NCBI GenBank assembly: GCA_963774265.1
Contig: CAVZDU010000001.1
Location: 1,088,001-1,152,000, forward strand
From: an uncultured Chloroflexia bacterium
Lineage (GTDB): Bacteria; Chloroflexota; Anaerolineae; CG2-30-64-16
Direction of reading: 5' to 3'
Length of the DNA: 64,000 nucleotides
Shown: positions 1-8,964 of the stretch, piece after piece
Layout: each line of letters opens with the position of its first letter
Position numbering within the stretch: the stretch's first letter is position 1
Position numbers and translations under genes: made by a program
Notes under the pieces: generated by a model
What the model was told of the DNA's origin: nothing
What the model saw: only the letters and a program-made list of their open reading frames with translations
Databases searched by the model: none

Positions 1-2
1 TC

Positions 3-716
3 TGGGAGCGGCTGCGGGCCAATGCCATCGCGCTGCGCCAGAGCACCGACCGGGCGATCATGATCGTGGCCGGGTGCAACCTGTTCGAGTGGGGCACCTT
101 CCTGCGCCGCATCGACAACTTCCTGATGGACCTCGCCTCGGACCAGGCTGAGGTCGAGCGCCTGCTGGATGCGCTGATGGAGCAGCACCTCGCAACGTTG
201 GAGAAGGTCTGCGCCGCGGTCGGAGACGTGGTTGACATCCTGCGCTTCGGGGACGACCTGGGCACCGATCAAGGTCCGTTCATGGCGCCGGCAACATACC
301 GTAAGCTGTTCAAGCCGCGGCACACCATCTTGTGCGACTATGTTCACACCCACAGCGGGATGAGGACCTTCCTGCACTCATGCGGGTCGATCTACAAGCT
401 ACTGCCCGACCTGATCGAGGCCGGGTATGATGTCATCAACCCGGTACAGATCACCTCACGCGGTATGGAGCCGGAACGCCTCAAGCGTGAGTTCGGCAGC
501 GACATCACCTTCTGGGGCGGCGGCGCCGACACGCGGCACATGCTGAATCACGCCACCCCTGCTGAGGTGAAGGATCACGTCAGGCGCCTGCTGGACATCT
601 TTGCGCCCGGCGGGGGTTTTGTGTTCAACACCGTACACAACATCCTGCCAGATGTACCGCCGGAGAACATTGTGGCGATGTTCGAGGCAGTGGCGGAGTT
701 CAACGAAAGGGGGTGA
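3..716 (+). CDS. Uroporphyrinogen decarboxylase / MtaA-CmuA methyltransferase family protein (5' partial)
   Basis: Motifs GDDLGT, FLHSCG, FWGGG and GGFVFNTVHNI; the frame stays open to the window edge. Confidence 0.85.
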   Translation, partial: WERLRANAIALRQSTDRAIMIVAGCNLFEWGTFLRRIDNFLMDLASDQAEVERLLDALMEQHLATLEKVCAAVGDVVDILRFGDDLGTDQGPFMAPATYRKLFKPRHTILCDYVHTHSGMRTFLHSCGSIYKLLPDLIEAGYDVINPVQITSRGMEPERLKREFGSDITFWGGGADTRHMLNHATPAEVKDHVRRLLDIFAPGGGFVFNTVHNILPDVPPENIVAMFEAVAEFNERG

Positions 717-809
717 TGCGACCAAGCTTGATTCTCCGTGCGTACTGCCACGTTGTCGCGACAGAGAATGCTAAATCAACCCATCTCAACCCTTGGAGGA
801 GTTGCTCTC

Positions 810-2207
810 ATGTCTGAGGAAAAGAAGATCACACGACGCGGATTCCTGAAGATGGCCGGCCTGGTCGGCGGCGCGACGGCAGCGACGACCATCGCCGGTT
901 GCGCGCCCGCAGCCCCGGCGCCGGCCGCGGCCGCCCCCACAACTGCACCCGCCGCCGCTGCACCCACTGCGGCCCCGGCTGTCGTAGGCGCCGCGGGCAC
1001 GTTCAAGGGCGTCGCCCTGCAAGATGCACGCCATCAGCGGCGGCAACTACGAAGAACTGTACAAGACCATACCCGCCTGGGAAGAGAAGACCGGCGCCAC
1101 GGTGGAGATCGTCTTCAAGGGCAACGGCTTCGAGACCGACAAGCGCCTGGTGCAGGACTTCGCGGCCAACACGGTGGACTATGATGTGTGCTGGGATCAC
1201 ACCAGCTTCTTCTCGCAATATGTTAAGGCCGGCGGGTTGGAACCGCTGGATGCCTACTTCACAGCAGATGACCTGGCCGACTTCATTCCCCGCCTGATGG
1301 ATGCGGCCCGCAAGGACGGCAAGTTATGGCTCATCCCGCGCCACTATGACATCTCGCTCATGCAGTACAACACCGATATCGTGAAGAAGGCGCCCGAGAC
1401 GTGGGACGAGTTCAAGCAGATCGCGCTCGAGGTGACCGATGCGGGGAAGGGGATCTATGGCACCCAGTTCGCCGGCAAGGAAGAGGCGCTATCCGGCCGG
1501 TTCTACGAAGTGCTGACCGCCGAAGGCGGCCTGCTCTTCGACGATAAATGGGAACCGACCTTCAACAGCGCGGCCGGCGTCAAGACCGCCACGATGTTCG
1601 CCGACCTCTACAAGGCCAAGGCGATGCCGGCCGATATGACCAACTACGTGTGGGACGACGTTGCCAAGAATTTCGCTAACGGCACCATCGGTCTCTACAC
1701 GGAATGGCCCGGCTGGTACAGCTTCTTCCAGGATCCCAAGAGCAGCAAGGTCGCCGGGCAAGTTCGACTACGCCCGCCAGCCGATCGGCGACGGCAAGAT
1801 CCACAGCGGCTGGGCAGGCGCCCACGGGTTCTCGATCACGAAGGCCAGCAAGAACAAGGAAGCGGCTGCTTCCCTGATCAAGCATTTGGTCAGTGTCGAG
1901 GGTCTCAGGATAGAAGCCAAGACCGGTCTCCTGGTGTCCCGCCAGAGCGTGTTCGACGAGGTGGTTGCGGAAGCGGCCAAGTCAACCGTTGCGCTGGATA
2001 AGAAGCGGTTAGAGCTGGTGCTTTTGGCTGCGCAAGGAGGACTTCAAGACCCCGCCGCTCATCGCAGAATGGCTGCCGATGTCCAACGTCCTCTACCCGA
2101 TCCTGCAGAAGATCATCCTGGGCGATGTGGCGCCGCAGAAGGGTCTGGATGACGCTGTCGCGGCGGTCAAGAAGCTGATGACCGACGCGGGGTACTACAA
2201 AGCGTAA
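810..2207 (+). CDS. Sugar ABC transporter substrate-binding Tat-lipoprotein (frameshifts near 1020, 1760 and 2030)
   Basis: GGAGG RBS; MSEEKKITRRGFLK...IAGC Tat signal and lipobox; Ala/Pro linker; SBP pieces in ORFs 1024-2001 and 1661-2152; TAA at 2205-2207. Confidence 0.85.
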
Positions 2208-2294
2208 TACGCTAAAGGTAGTGTGCGCTTCGCGGGCACGACTGCCGCGCGGCGCGCACCCTGTGCCTCCGGCCATTGCGAACGGCCGCAGCCC

Positions 2295-2326
2295 CGGAGC
2301 AATCTCCCGCAAGGGAGATTGCTCCG
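2295..2326 (+). terminator. Perfect 14-bp hairpin with GCAA loop between the SBP and permease genes (mRNA stabiliser or partial terminator)
   Basis: CGGAGCAATCTCCC-GCAA-GGGAGATTGCTCCG; no U-tract. Confidence 0.55.
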
Positions 2327-2409
2327 TCCACCGAGAATTCTGATTGACGTCGTGTGATGGCCGAAATCCACGCACCAAGCAACACTTATCACGCCAACGA
2401 GGTAGCAGG

Positions 2410-3351
2410 ATGACCGCAACTGTCCTGGCGCAAAAGACGCTGCAACGCAAATCGGGTCGTCCGTGGCGCTCCGAGACCACCTATCTGCCGGTGTTCCTAT
2501 TGTTGCCCGGCATCGTGGTCTTGCTCGCGGTGGTCGGTTTTCCGATGCTCTATTCGCTCTATCTCAGCTTCACCAACTATACGCTGACCACCGCCAGGAA
2601 CTTCCATTTCGTCGGGTTGGAGAACTACATCGCCCTGGTGAAGGACCCGGTCTTCTGGCAGGCATTCGGCCGGACCGTGCTCTTTATGACTCTGGCAACG
2701 AACCTGGAGTTCTTGATAGGGTTGGGGATTGCTCAACTGATGTCCAAGGTCATCCGCGGCCAGAGCGTCCTGCGCACCGTGATGATGATGCCGATGATGT
2801 TCGCGCCCATCCTGGTCGGTTTTCAGTTCAAATGGTTCTTCAACGCCGAGGTCGGACTGATCAACAACATCCTGTACTCGCTGACCGGCTCAGCGCATAT
2901 TATCCCCTGGTTGATTGACGTACCCCTGGGTTTTATCGCGATCCTGGTGGCCGAAATATGGATGAGCACGCCGTTCATGGTCATCATCCTGGAGGCCGGC
3001 ATTTTGTCGTTACCCGTCGAACCGTTTGAAGCTGCCGAAGTGGACGGGGCCTCGGGCTGGCAGAAGTTCCAGCATCTCACGCTGCCCATGATCATGCCGT
3101 TCGTTTACACTGCGTTGGCCATCCGCTCCCTGGACCTGGCACGGGTTTATGATGTGATCAGCATTATGACGGGCGGTGGACCTGGCGGCCGGACCGAGTT
3201 GATCTGGACCTATGTCTACCGACTCGCGTTCAGCGGGCACAACTATGCCATGGGCAGCGCCATGTCTTACATCACGGTGATCATCAGCTTCCTGTTTACG
3301 TGGTATCTGTTCCGCAACGTTCTCAAGAGCCGGTGGGAGGGGAAGGAATGA
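2410..3351 (+). CDS. Carbohydrate ABC transporter permease (MalF-like)
   Basis: FVGLENY motif, EAA loop (FEAAEVDGAS), TM helices. Confidence 0.92.
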   Translation: MTATVLAQKTLQRKSGRPWRSETTYLPVFLLLPGIVVLLAVVGFPMLYSLYLSFTNYTLTTARNFHFVGLENYIALVKDPVFWQAFGRTVLFMTLATNLEFLIGLGIAQLMSKVIRGQSVLRTVMMMPMMFAPILVGFQFKWFFNAEVGLINNILYSLTGSAHIIPWLIDVPLGFIAILVAEIWMSTPFMVIILEAGILSLPVEPFEAAEVDGASGWQKFQHLTLPMIMPFVYTALAIRSLDLARVYDVISIMTGGGPGGRTELIWTYVYRLAFSGHNYAMGSAMSYITVIISFLFTWYLFRNVLKSRWEGKE

Positions 3352-4265
3352 AAGTCGACGTTGCTCGCAAATCTGGCGAATTTGGTAATAACAGAGGCGG
3401 CCGCCGCCGCCGGCTCAACGATAACCTGCGCGACATAGCGCTCTACGTGATTCTCTTGGGTTTCTTTCTACCGGTGATTTGGATCGTCCTGACCTCGATC
3501 CGGCCTAATGTCGAGATTAATACGCGCCCCCCCATCTGGATTCCATCATCCCTCGACTTCGACTCTTACAAGATTCTCTTGGGCATGCCGACGCCGGAAG
3601 GCGCCTTCGGCATGGGCAGCAGTATTCCATTTGCCCGGTACGCCAGCAACTCGGCTGTGATCGCGCTGGTCAGCACTTTCCTGTCCCTGGTGTTCGGCAC
3701 ATTGGCTGGATTTACGTTCGCCCGTTTTTCCTTCCGGATCAAGAACAGCGTTTTTCTCTCGATGATGCTGGCGCGCGCTGTTCCGGGTGTGGCGCTCAGC
3801 CTACCCCTCTTCATATTGTTCGCCCGGCTGGGACTATCCGACAAGATCGCAGGGATGATCATCGCCTATACGGCTTTGAACATTCCGTTTACCGCCTGGC
3901 TGATGGATGGCTTTTTCCGCGCCCTGCCCCAGGAGCTGGATGATGCGGCGCTGATTGACGGGTGCTCGCGCTGGACCGCCCTCCTGCGGGTGGATCTGCC
4001 GTTGGCGCTCCCTGGCGTCGCGGCCAGCGGCATCTTCGCGTTTTTGACCTCGTGGAATGAGTTCGCCCTGGCCACGGTCATAACCCGCACGCCCGCATCT
4101 CGGACGTTTCCGCCTGCGCTGTATGACTTCACGGGGTCGTTTGTCACCGACTGGCGCGGTATGACCGCCATGTCAGTGTTGATGCTGATCCCATCGATCA
4201 TATTTGTCGCGCTGGTTCAGCGCCAGCTGGTGCAGGGGTTGGCGTCGGGGGCGACAAAGGGGTAG
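3348..4265 (+). CDS. Carbohydrate ABC transporter permease (MalG-like)
   Basis: ELDDAALIDGCS loop, SWNEF, C-terminal GATKG; ATGA overlap with the previous gene. Confidence 0.92.
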   Translation: MKVDVARKSGEFGNNRGGRRRRLNDNLRDIALYVILLGFFLPVIWIVLTSIRPNVEINTRPPIWIPSSLDFDSYKILLGMPTPEGAFGMGSSIPFARYASNSAVIALVSTFLSLVFGTLAGFTFARFSFRIKNSVFLSMMLARAVPGVALSLPLFILFARLGLSDKIAGMIIAYTALNIPFTAWLMDGFFRALPQELDDAALIDGCSRWTALLRVDLPLALPGVAASGIFAFLTSWNEFALATVITRTPASRTFPPALYDFTGSFVTDWRGMTAMSVLMLIPSIIFVALVQRQLVQGLASGATKG

Positions 4266-4328
4266 TTGGCAACCGGAAATCACGGATTCTCTCTTGGCCG
4301 AGAGGCTCTTCCGCTGGGAGTCGGGCCG

Positions 4329-5066
4329 ATGGTCCATCAACCCGATAATACAAAGACTGGGACAGGAGCACAACAGCCGCTCAAATTGCACTGGATCATC
4401 GCGGTCCGGGTAGCAGGGCTCGTCGCGGTGCTGCTCCTCGTGTTGTTCGCCTCAGCCGGCACGTTCGATTGGCCTATGGCATGGGTCTACGTGGTCATCA
4501 CGGTCATCATGACGGTCGGCAGCCGGCTGTTGCTGCTGCGCCGCAGTCCTGACCTGGTGGCGGAGCGTGCTGGGTATGCCGAGAAGAAGGATGCCAAGGC
4601 ATGGGACCGGGTGTTAATGCCGTTGATCGCGATCTACGGGCCAACGCTCATCCTGGTGATCGCCGGCCTGGATCGGCGCTTCGGCTGGCCGCCTGAGCTG
4701 CCGATGTGGATTGAGATCGCGGGCGTGGTCCTGCTTGTGTTGGCAACCGCCTTCAGCACCTGGGCGCTGCTGGTCAATCGGTTCTTCTCGGGCGTGGTGC
4801 GCATCCAACACGATCGCGGCCACACCGTGGTCACGGAAGGACCGTATCGCTGGGTTCGCCACCCGGGCTACGTGGGCGGCGTCGTGGGTGACCTGGCCAT
4901 ACCGTTGATGCTCGGCTCGCTGTGGGCGCTGGTTCCCGGCCTGCTGACCGCGAGCCTGGTCGTGCTCCGCACTGCGCTGGAGGATCGCACCCTGCAGGCC
5001 GAGCTGCCCGGCTACGCCGAGTACTGCCAGCGGACGCGCTATCGGCTGCTGCCCGGGGTGTGGTGA
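4329..5066 (+). CDS. Isoprenylcysteine carboxylmethyltransferase (ICMT/PEMT) family membrane protein
   Basis: VVTEGPYRWVRHPGY, EDRTL...GYAEY...RYRLLPGVW; start codon uncertain. Confidence 0.88.
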   Translation: MVHQPDNTKTGTGAQQPLKLHWIIAVRVAGLVAVLLLVLFASAGTFDWPMAWVYVVITVIMTVGSRLLLLRRSPDLVAERAGYAEKKDAKAWDRVLMPLIAIYGPTLILVIAGLDRRFGWPPELPMWIEIAGVVLLVLATAFSTWALLVNRFFSGVVRIQHDRGHTVVTEGPYRWVRHPGYVGGVVGDLAIPLMLGSLWALVPGLLTASLVVLRTALEDRTLQAELPGYAEYCQRTRYRLLPGVW

Positions 5067-5130
5067 CGCTTGAGTCGGCCCGGCGGGTGGTGGTGCTCTT
5101 TCGACTCAGCTTTTCGAAGGAGGCGTTCCC

Positions 5131-5598
5131 ATGGACGAACTCGCAGTTCGAATTGTCAAATTGGAACCAATGCGCGTTGCCAGCTTCCATGAGTTCGGGC
5201 CAAGCCCCGAACACCTGGCCATCCAGAAGCTCGCTGACTGGGCCGCGCCGCGCGGCTACCTGGCGGATCGCAAGCGGCATCGCATCTTCGGCTTCAACAA
5301 CCCGAATCCCTCGCACGGCAGCCCGAACTACGGCTACGAGCTGTGGCTGGTCGTCGGTCGGGAAGTCGAGCCGGCGGCGGAGGTTTCCATCAGGGAGTTT
5401 GAGGGCGGGCTGTACGCGGTCGCGCGGTGCGAGAGTGTCGAGAACATCACAGCGACCTGGCGGCAGCTTGTCGGGTGGCTCACCGGCAGCAAATACGGGC
5501 ACGCGGATCATCAATGGCTGGAGGAACACGTCAACGACGAGTTCCCTGCCCCGGATGAGGAGCTGGTTCTCGACCTGTACGCGCCGATCGCGGAGTAG
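5131..5598 (+). CDS. GyrI-like small-molecule-binding domain protein
   Basis: VRIVKLEPMRVA start, FEGGLYAV, LEEH, DLYAPI end; AAGGAGG RBS. Confidence 0.82.
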   Translation: MDELAVRIVKLEPMRVASFHEFGPSPEHLAIQKLADWAAPRGYLADRKRHRIFGFNNPNPSHGSPNYGYELWLVVGREVEPAAEVSIREFEGGLYAVARCESVENITATWRQLVGWLTGSKYGHADHQWLEEHVNDEFPAPDEELVLDLYAPIAE

Positions 5599-5638
5599 GA
5601 GAGAGGCGGCCCATTAAGGTGCTCGGCACCTGTCGCGC

Positions 5639-6658
5639 CTACACCACCACCTGGGTGCTCAGATCCGTGCCTGCCCGCAGCTCCTTCTCATAGAAGCCGA
5701 ACTGGCACTCCATGTGCATGCCTGCCTTCTCGTATAATCGCGTCGCGCCGGTGAGGCTTTGCGCATCCACGCCCAACTTGGCGCAGTGTTTGCCCTGGTC
5801 ATAGAGCGCGACAAAGCACTGGTGCAGCAAGGCTAACGCCACCCCGCGGCGGCGCCAGGGCCGGCGTACACCCAGCGAATGGATCCAGCCAGCGTCGGGG
5901 TCTTCCACCCAGCTCGTGTGACACAGCGCGGTGCCTGCGATCTCGTTACCGTCCACCACTACGAAAGTCAGGGACGCGTCAAATGAGGGGTCGGTGTCCA
6001 TAAAGTGCAGCCACCCCTTGAGGTCTTCGTCCCACGGCTGCTCCACATAGCCCCAATGATCGCGGAACTCGTCGCGGATGGCCTGCAGCAAGGCGCCCTC
6101 TTCCTGGCCGCGGATGAACGGCCGGATTGCCAGACCCTCAGGTAAGGATGGCTGGGGCGGGGGGCCGGTGAAGTCGATGCTCATGCGCAGGTTGTGCCGT
6201 GCAAGTTGGTAGCCCTGGTCCAGCAGCAGCCGGGCCGCGGTCTCATCCGCGCTCATTATGAATTGCTTCAGGATGACCCTTGCGCCAGAAGGCGCGCGGG
6301 TCAGCAATTCGCGTCCGCGTGTCTCGGCCCAGGCGGCCAGCGCAGTACCGACACCGCGCCCCTGGTGGGCAGGATGCACCTGCGAGAACACAAAGTGGGT
6401 AACGTGCGGCTCGCTGTTCCACAACTCGGCCAGGCCAGCCATGCCCGCACCATCCGGCGAAAACACGGCCAGCGTGTCGGTCGCCAGGTTCATGGTGGGC
6501 TGCTGCCAGTCGCTCCGGATCTCGCCGGCCGCGATGCGTGGTCGGCCGGTCAGCGCGATGTTGTATGCGTTGAGCAGGTCTGCGGCCGCTTCCGCGTCGC
6601 CCAGTGTGACCGGTCGGGCCGTGTAGGCCGGCGGGATCGCGACGTCAAGTGACGTCAT
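5639..6658 (-). CDS. Tandem GNAT family N-acetyltransferase
   Basis: Two acetyl-CoA motifs (VHPAHQGRGVG, VRRPWRRRGVA) and LYEKAG. Confidence 0.88.
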   Translation of the reverse strand: MTSLDVAIPPAYTARPVTLGDAEAAADLLNAYNIALTGRPRIAAGEIRSDWQQPTMNLATDTLAVFSPDGAGMAGLAELWNSEPHVTHFVFSQVHPAHQGRGVGTALAAWAETRGRELLTRAPSGARVILKQFIMSADETAARLLLDQGYQLARHNLRMSIDFTGPPPQPSLPEGLAIRPFIRGQEEGALLQAIRDEFRDHWGYVEQPWDEDLKGWLHFMDTDPSFDASLTFVVVDGNEIAGTALCHTSWVEDPDAGWIHSLGVRRPWRRRGVALALLHQCFVALYDQGKHCAKLGVDAQSLTGATRLYEKAGMHMECQFGFYEKELRAGTDLSTQVVV

Positions 6659-6780
6659 ATGGTTTACCTTTCAGCTGGTCCCAACGCTTGGGACGCGGCG
6701 GTCGTCTCTCTTTTGACTATACGCCGGTTGGACGGGCTGGGTTGCGGCCGCAGTGTGCGGCCCGCACGCTGCTTTTGCAT

Positions 6781-6809
6781 TTGACAGCGCCGGCGCCGTG
6801 TGCTAGACT
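6781..6809 (+). promoter_or_regulatory. sigma70 promoter of the his operon
   Basis: TTGACA (6781-6786), 17-bp spacer, TGc-TAGACT (6804-6809). Confidence 0.75.
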
Positions 6810-6839
6810 CCCTCCGGTTTGAAGAAGCACGGTGTTACC

Positions 6840-6896
6840 ATGAAGTGTCTTGTTTCTCAACTGCATCATCCTGGCAGGGGCAGGCGCCCGGCGTAG
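6840..6896 (+). CDS. Putative his operon leader peptide MKCLVSQLHHPGRGRRPA
   Basis: Short ORF with tandem CAT CAT codons (6864-6869) between the promoter and a terminator upstream of hisZ. Confidence 0.65.
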   Translation: MKCLVSQLHHPGRGRRPA

Positions 6897-6921
6897 CCGG
6901 CGTCTGATTTGCGCTTGCCCC

Positions 6922-6952
6922 AGGACTGGTTGGATCTCAACCAGTCTTTTTT
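6922..6952 (+). terminator. Attenuator (intrinsic terminator) in the his leader
   Basis: GACTGGTTG-gatct-CAACCAGTC followed by TTTTTT. Confidence 0.8.
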
Positions 6953-6974
6953 GTTAACCGGACTGGACACCATT

Positions 6975-8258
6975 ATGCCCGACAGAACCTCATCCATGGA
7001 TCGCCCCCTGCCCGAAGGCGTGCGCGATCTGCTGTTCGCTGACACCGCCGCCTTCCGCCGGATGGAGGCTGCGCTGCAGGCCACCTGGTCCGCCTGGGGC
7101 TACCGGGAAATCCACTTGCCCACATTCGAGTACGCCGATACGCTGGCGACTGACGTGGGCAGCCAGGTGGATGCGGAGCTATACAGGTTCTTCGATCGTC
7201 ACGGCCGAACCCTGGCCCTTCGCCCCGACATGACGATCCCCACGGCACGCGTCGTGGGCACGCGACTGTATGACCAGCCGATGCCGCTGCGCCTGGCCTA
7301 TACGGGCAGCGTCTTTCGCTACGAACCGCCGCGTGCCGGCCGCCAGCACGAGTTCAGCCAGGCTGGCGTCGAGCTGATCGGCGCGCCGGGCACCGTCGCA
7401 GATGCTGAGGCAGTGGCATTGGCAACAGCCAGCCTGCAGGCCGTTGGGCTGCCCGACTTTGGCATCACCCTTGGGCATGTGGGCTTCTTCCGCGGGCTGC
7501 TGGCGGGCCTGGCGCTGCCGGAACGGCTGACGGCCCGGCTGCAGGACGCGGTGGCGCGCAAGGCAGAAGCGGAGCTCCCTGGCCTGTTGGCTGAGGCGCC
7601 TGGCCTGCCGCCGGTCGCCCGGCAGGCGGTCCTGACACTGCCTCGCCTGACCGGCAATGCCAGGATCCTGGATGACGCGGAGGCAGTCTGCCTAAACGCC
7701 ACGATGATGCGCGCGCTGACCGATTTGCGGTCGGTGGCCGCGTTGCTCGAAGCCTACTGCGTATCTCGCTTCGTGACTTATGACCTGGCCGAGGTGCGCG
7801 ACCTGGGCTATTACACCGGCATCACCTTCGAGGGGTTTGCGCCTGGCCTGGGCTTTGGGTTGATCTCCGGCGGTCGCTACGACGATCTCATCGGTCATTT
7901 CGGGCCGCCCTGCCCCGCGGTGGGCTGGGCGTTGACACTCGACCGCATCCTGTTGGCCTGCGAAGTGCAAGGAATCATCGAGGCGGAACCCAGGCCGGAT
8001 GTCCTGCTTGCAGCGTCCGCTTCGGGGATGACATGCCTGGGCTGGGCCGCGACTGCCCGCAGTCGGGGCCTGAGAGTAGAGGTTGATCCGCTGGGCTTGG
8101 AGGGGGAGGCGTTGTGGCAAGCGGCCAAGGCGCGTGGGATCCCCCGGGCAGCCCACCAGGCTGACCAAGACACTATCACAGTCCGCGAAGCGGCAGGCGC
8201 GGACTGGCGCACCATTCCGGCGGACGACTGGGAGGAGATGGATCGATGGCGCCGATAG
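6975..8258 (+). CDS. hisZ: ATP phosphoribosyltransferase regulatory subunit
   Basis: LPEGVRD, LALRPDMT, EFSQAGVE, YYTG and GGRYD HisRS-like motifs; directly precedes a short hisG. Confidence 0.92.
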   Translation: MPDRTSSMDRPLPEGVRDLLFADTAAFRRMEAALQATWSAWGYREIHLPTFEYADTLATDVGSQVDAELYRFFDRHGRTLALRPDMTIPTARVVGTRLYDQPMPLRLAYTGSVFRYEPPRAGRQHEFSQAGVELIGAPGTVADAEAVALATASLQAVGLPDFGITLGHVGFFRGLLAGLALPERLTARLQDAVARKAEAELPGLLAEAPGLPPVARQAVLTLPRLTGNARILDDAEAVCLNATMMRALTDLRSVAALLEAYCVSRFVTYDLAEVRDLGYYTGITFEGFAPGLGFGLISGGRYDDLIGHFGPPCPAVGWALTLDRILLACEVQGIIEAEPRPDVLLAASASGMTCLGWAATARSRGLRVEVDPLGLEGEALWQAAKARGIPRAAHQADQDTITVREAAGADWRTIPADDWEEMDRWRR

Positions 8259-8908
8259 CACCGCTGACCGTGGCACTGCCCAAGGGGCGGCTCACCGACG
8301 ATGCGCTCGTTTGTCTCTCTCGTGCCGGCTATGCTGTGCCTACCAACGGCGACGGTGGCCGCAAGCTGGTTCTGGACGGCGCGGACGGCCGGCTGCGCTA
8401 TATCCTGGTCAAACCGTCGGATGTGCCTGTCTTTGTAGAGTACGGCGCCGCCGATATCGGTGTCGCAGGATTGGATGTGCTGCGCGAATCCGGGCGCGAT
8501 GTCTACGAGCCGCTTCAATTGCCGTTCGGACACTGCCGGCTGGTTGTGGCGGGCAAGGCCAACCGTCCCGACCTGCCGTTGCGGCTGGAGCGCAGCCCGC
8601 GCGTCGCGACCAAGTTTCCCCGGCTGACCGAAGCGTTCTTCCGCAAACGGGGCATCGCTGCCGAGCTGATCGTCATGTCTGGCTCGGTGGAGTTGGCGCC
8701 GTTGGTCGGCCTGGCCGACTTCATCGTGGATTTGGTGCAGACCGGCACCACCCTGCGGGAGAATGGCCTGGTCGAGCTAAGGACGATTCTGGAGAGTCAG
8801 GCCCTGTTGATCGCCAACCGCGCGAGCTACCGTTTGAGGGCGGGCGAGGTCAGGGAATTGATCGATGCACTCGCGGCCGTGGTGCGGGACGGAGCGATTG
8901 AAGATTGA
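8246..8908 (+). CDS. hisG: ATP phosphoribosyltransferase, short form
   Basis: ALPKGRL, GSVELAPLVGLADFIVDLVQTGTTLRENGL. Confidence 0.95.
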   Translation: MAPIAPLTVALPKGRLTDDALVCLSRAGYAVPTNGDGGRKLVLDGADGRLRYILVKPSDVPVFVEYGAADIGVAGLDVLRESGRDVYEPLQLPFGHCRLVVAGKANRPDLPLRLERSPRVATKFPRLTEAFFRKRGIAAELIVMSGSVELAPLVGLADFIVDLVQTGTTLRENGLVELRTILESQALLIANRASYRLRAGEVRELIDALAAVVRDGAIED

Positions 8909-8958
8909 AGATCGCAGATTGAAGATCGCAGATTGAAGATCGCAGATTGAAGATGGAG
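8896..8958 (+). repeat. Heptamer tandem array (GATTGAA/GATCGCA), about 9 units, at the hisG-hisD junction
   Basis: gattgaa gattgaa gatcgca gattgaa gatcgca gattgaa gatcgca gattgaa gatggag. Confidence 0.95.
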
Positions 8959-8964
8959 GCGATT

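Noticed and set aside
900-990. Ala/Pro low-complexity repeats (also 48215-48320 and 45130-45330)
   Set aside because: Ordinary flexible linkers of lipoproteins and membrane proteins, not DNA elements
8896-8958. Tandem repeat as a CRISPR array
   Set aside because: Units are 7 bp with no unique spacers, and there are no cas genes in the window
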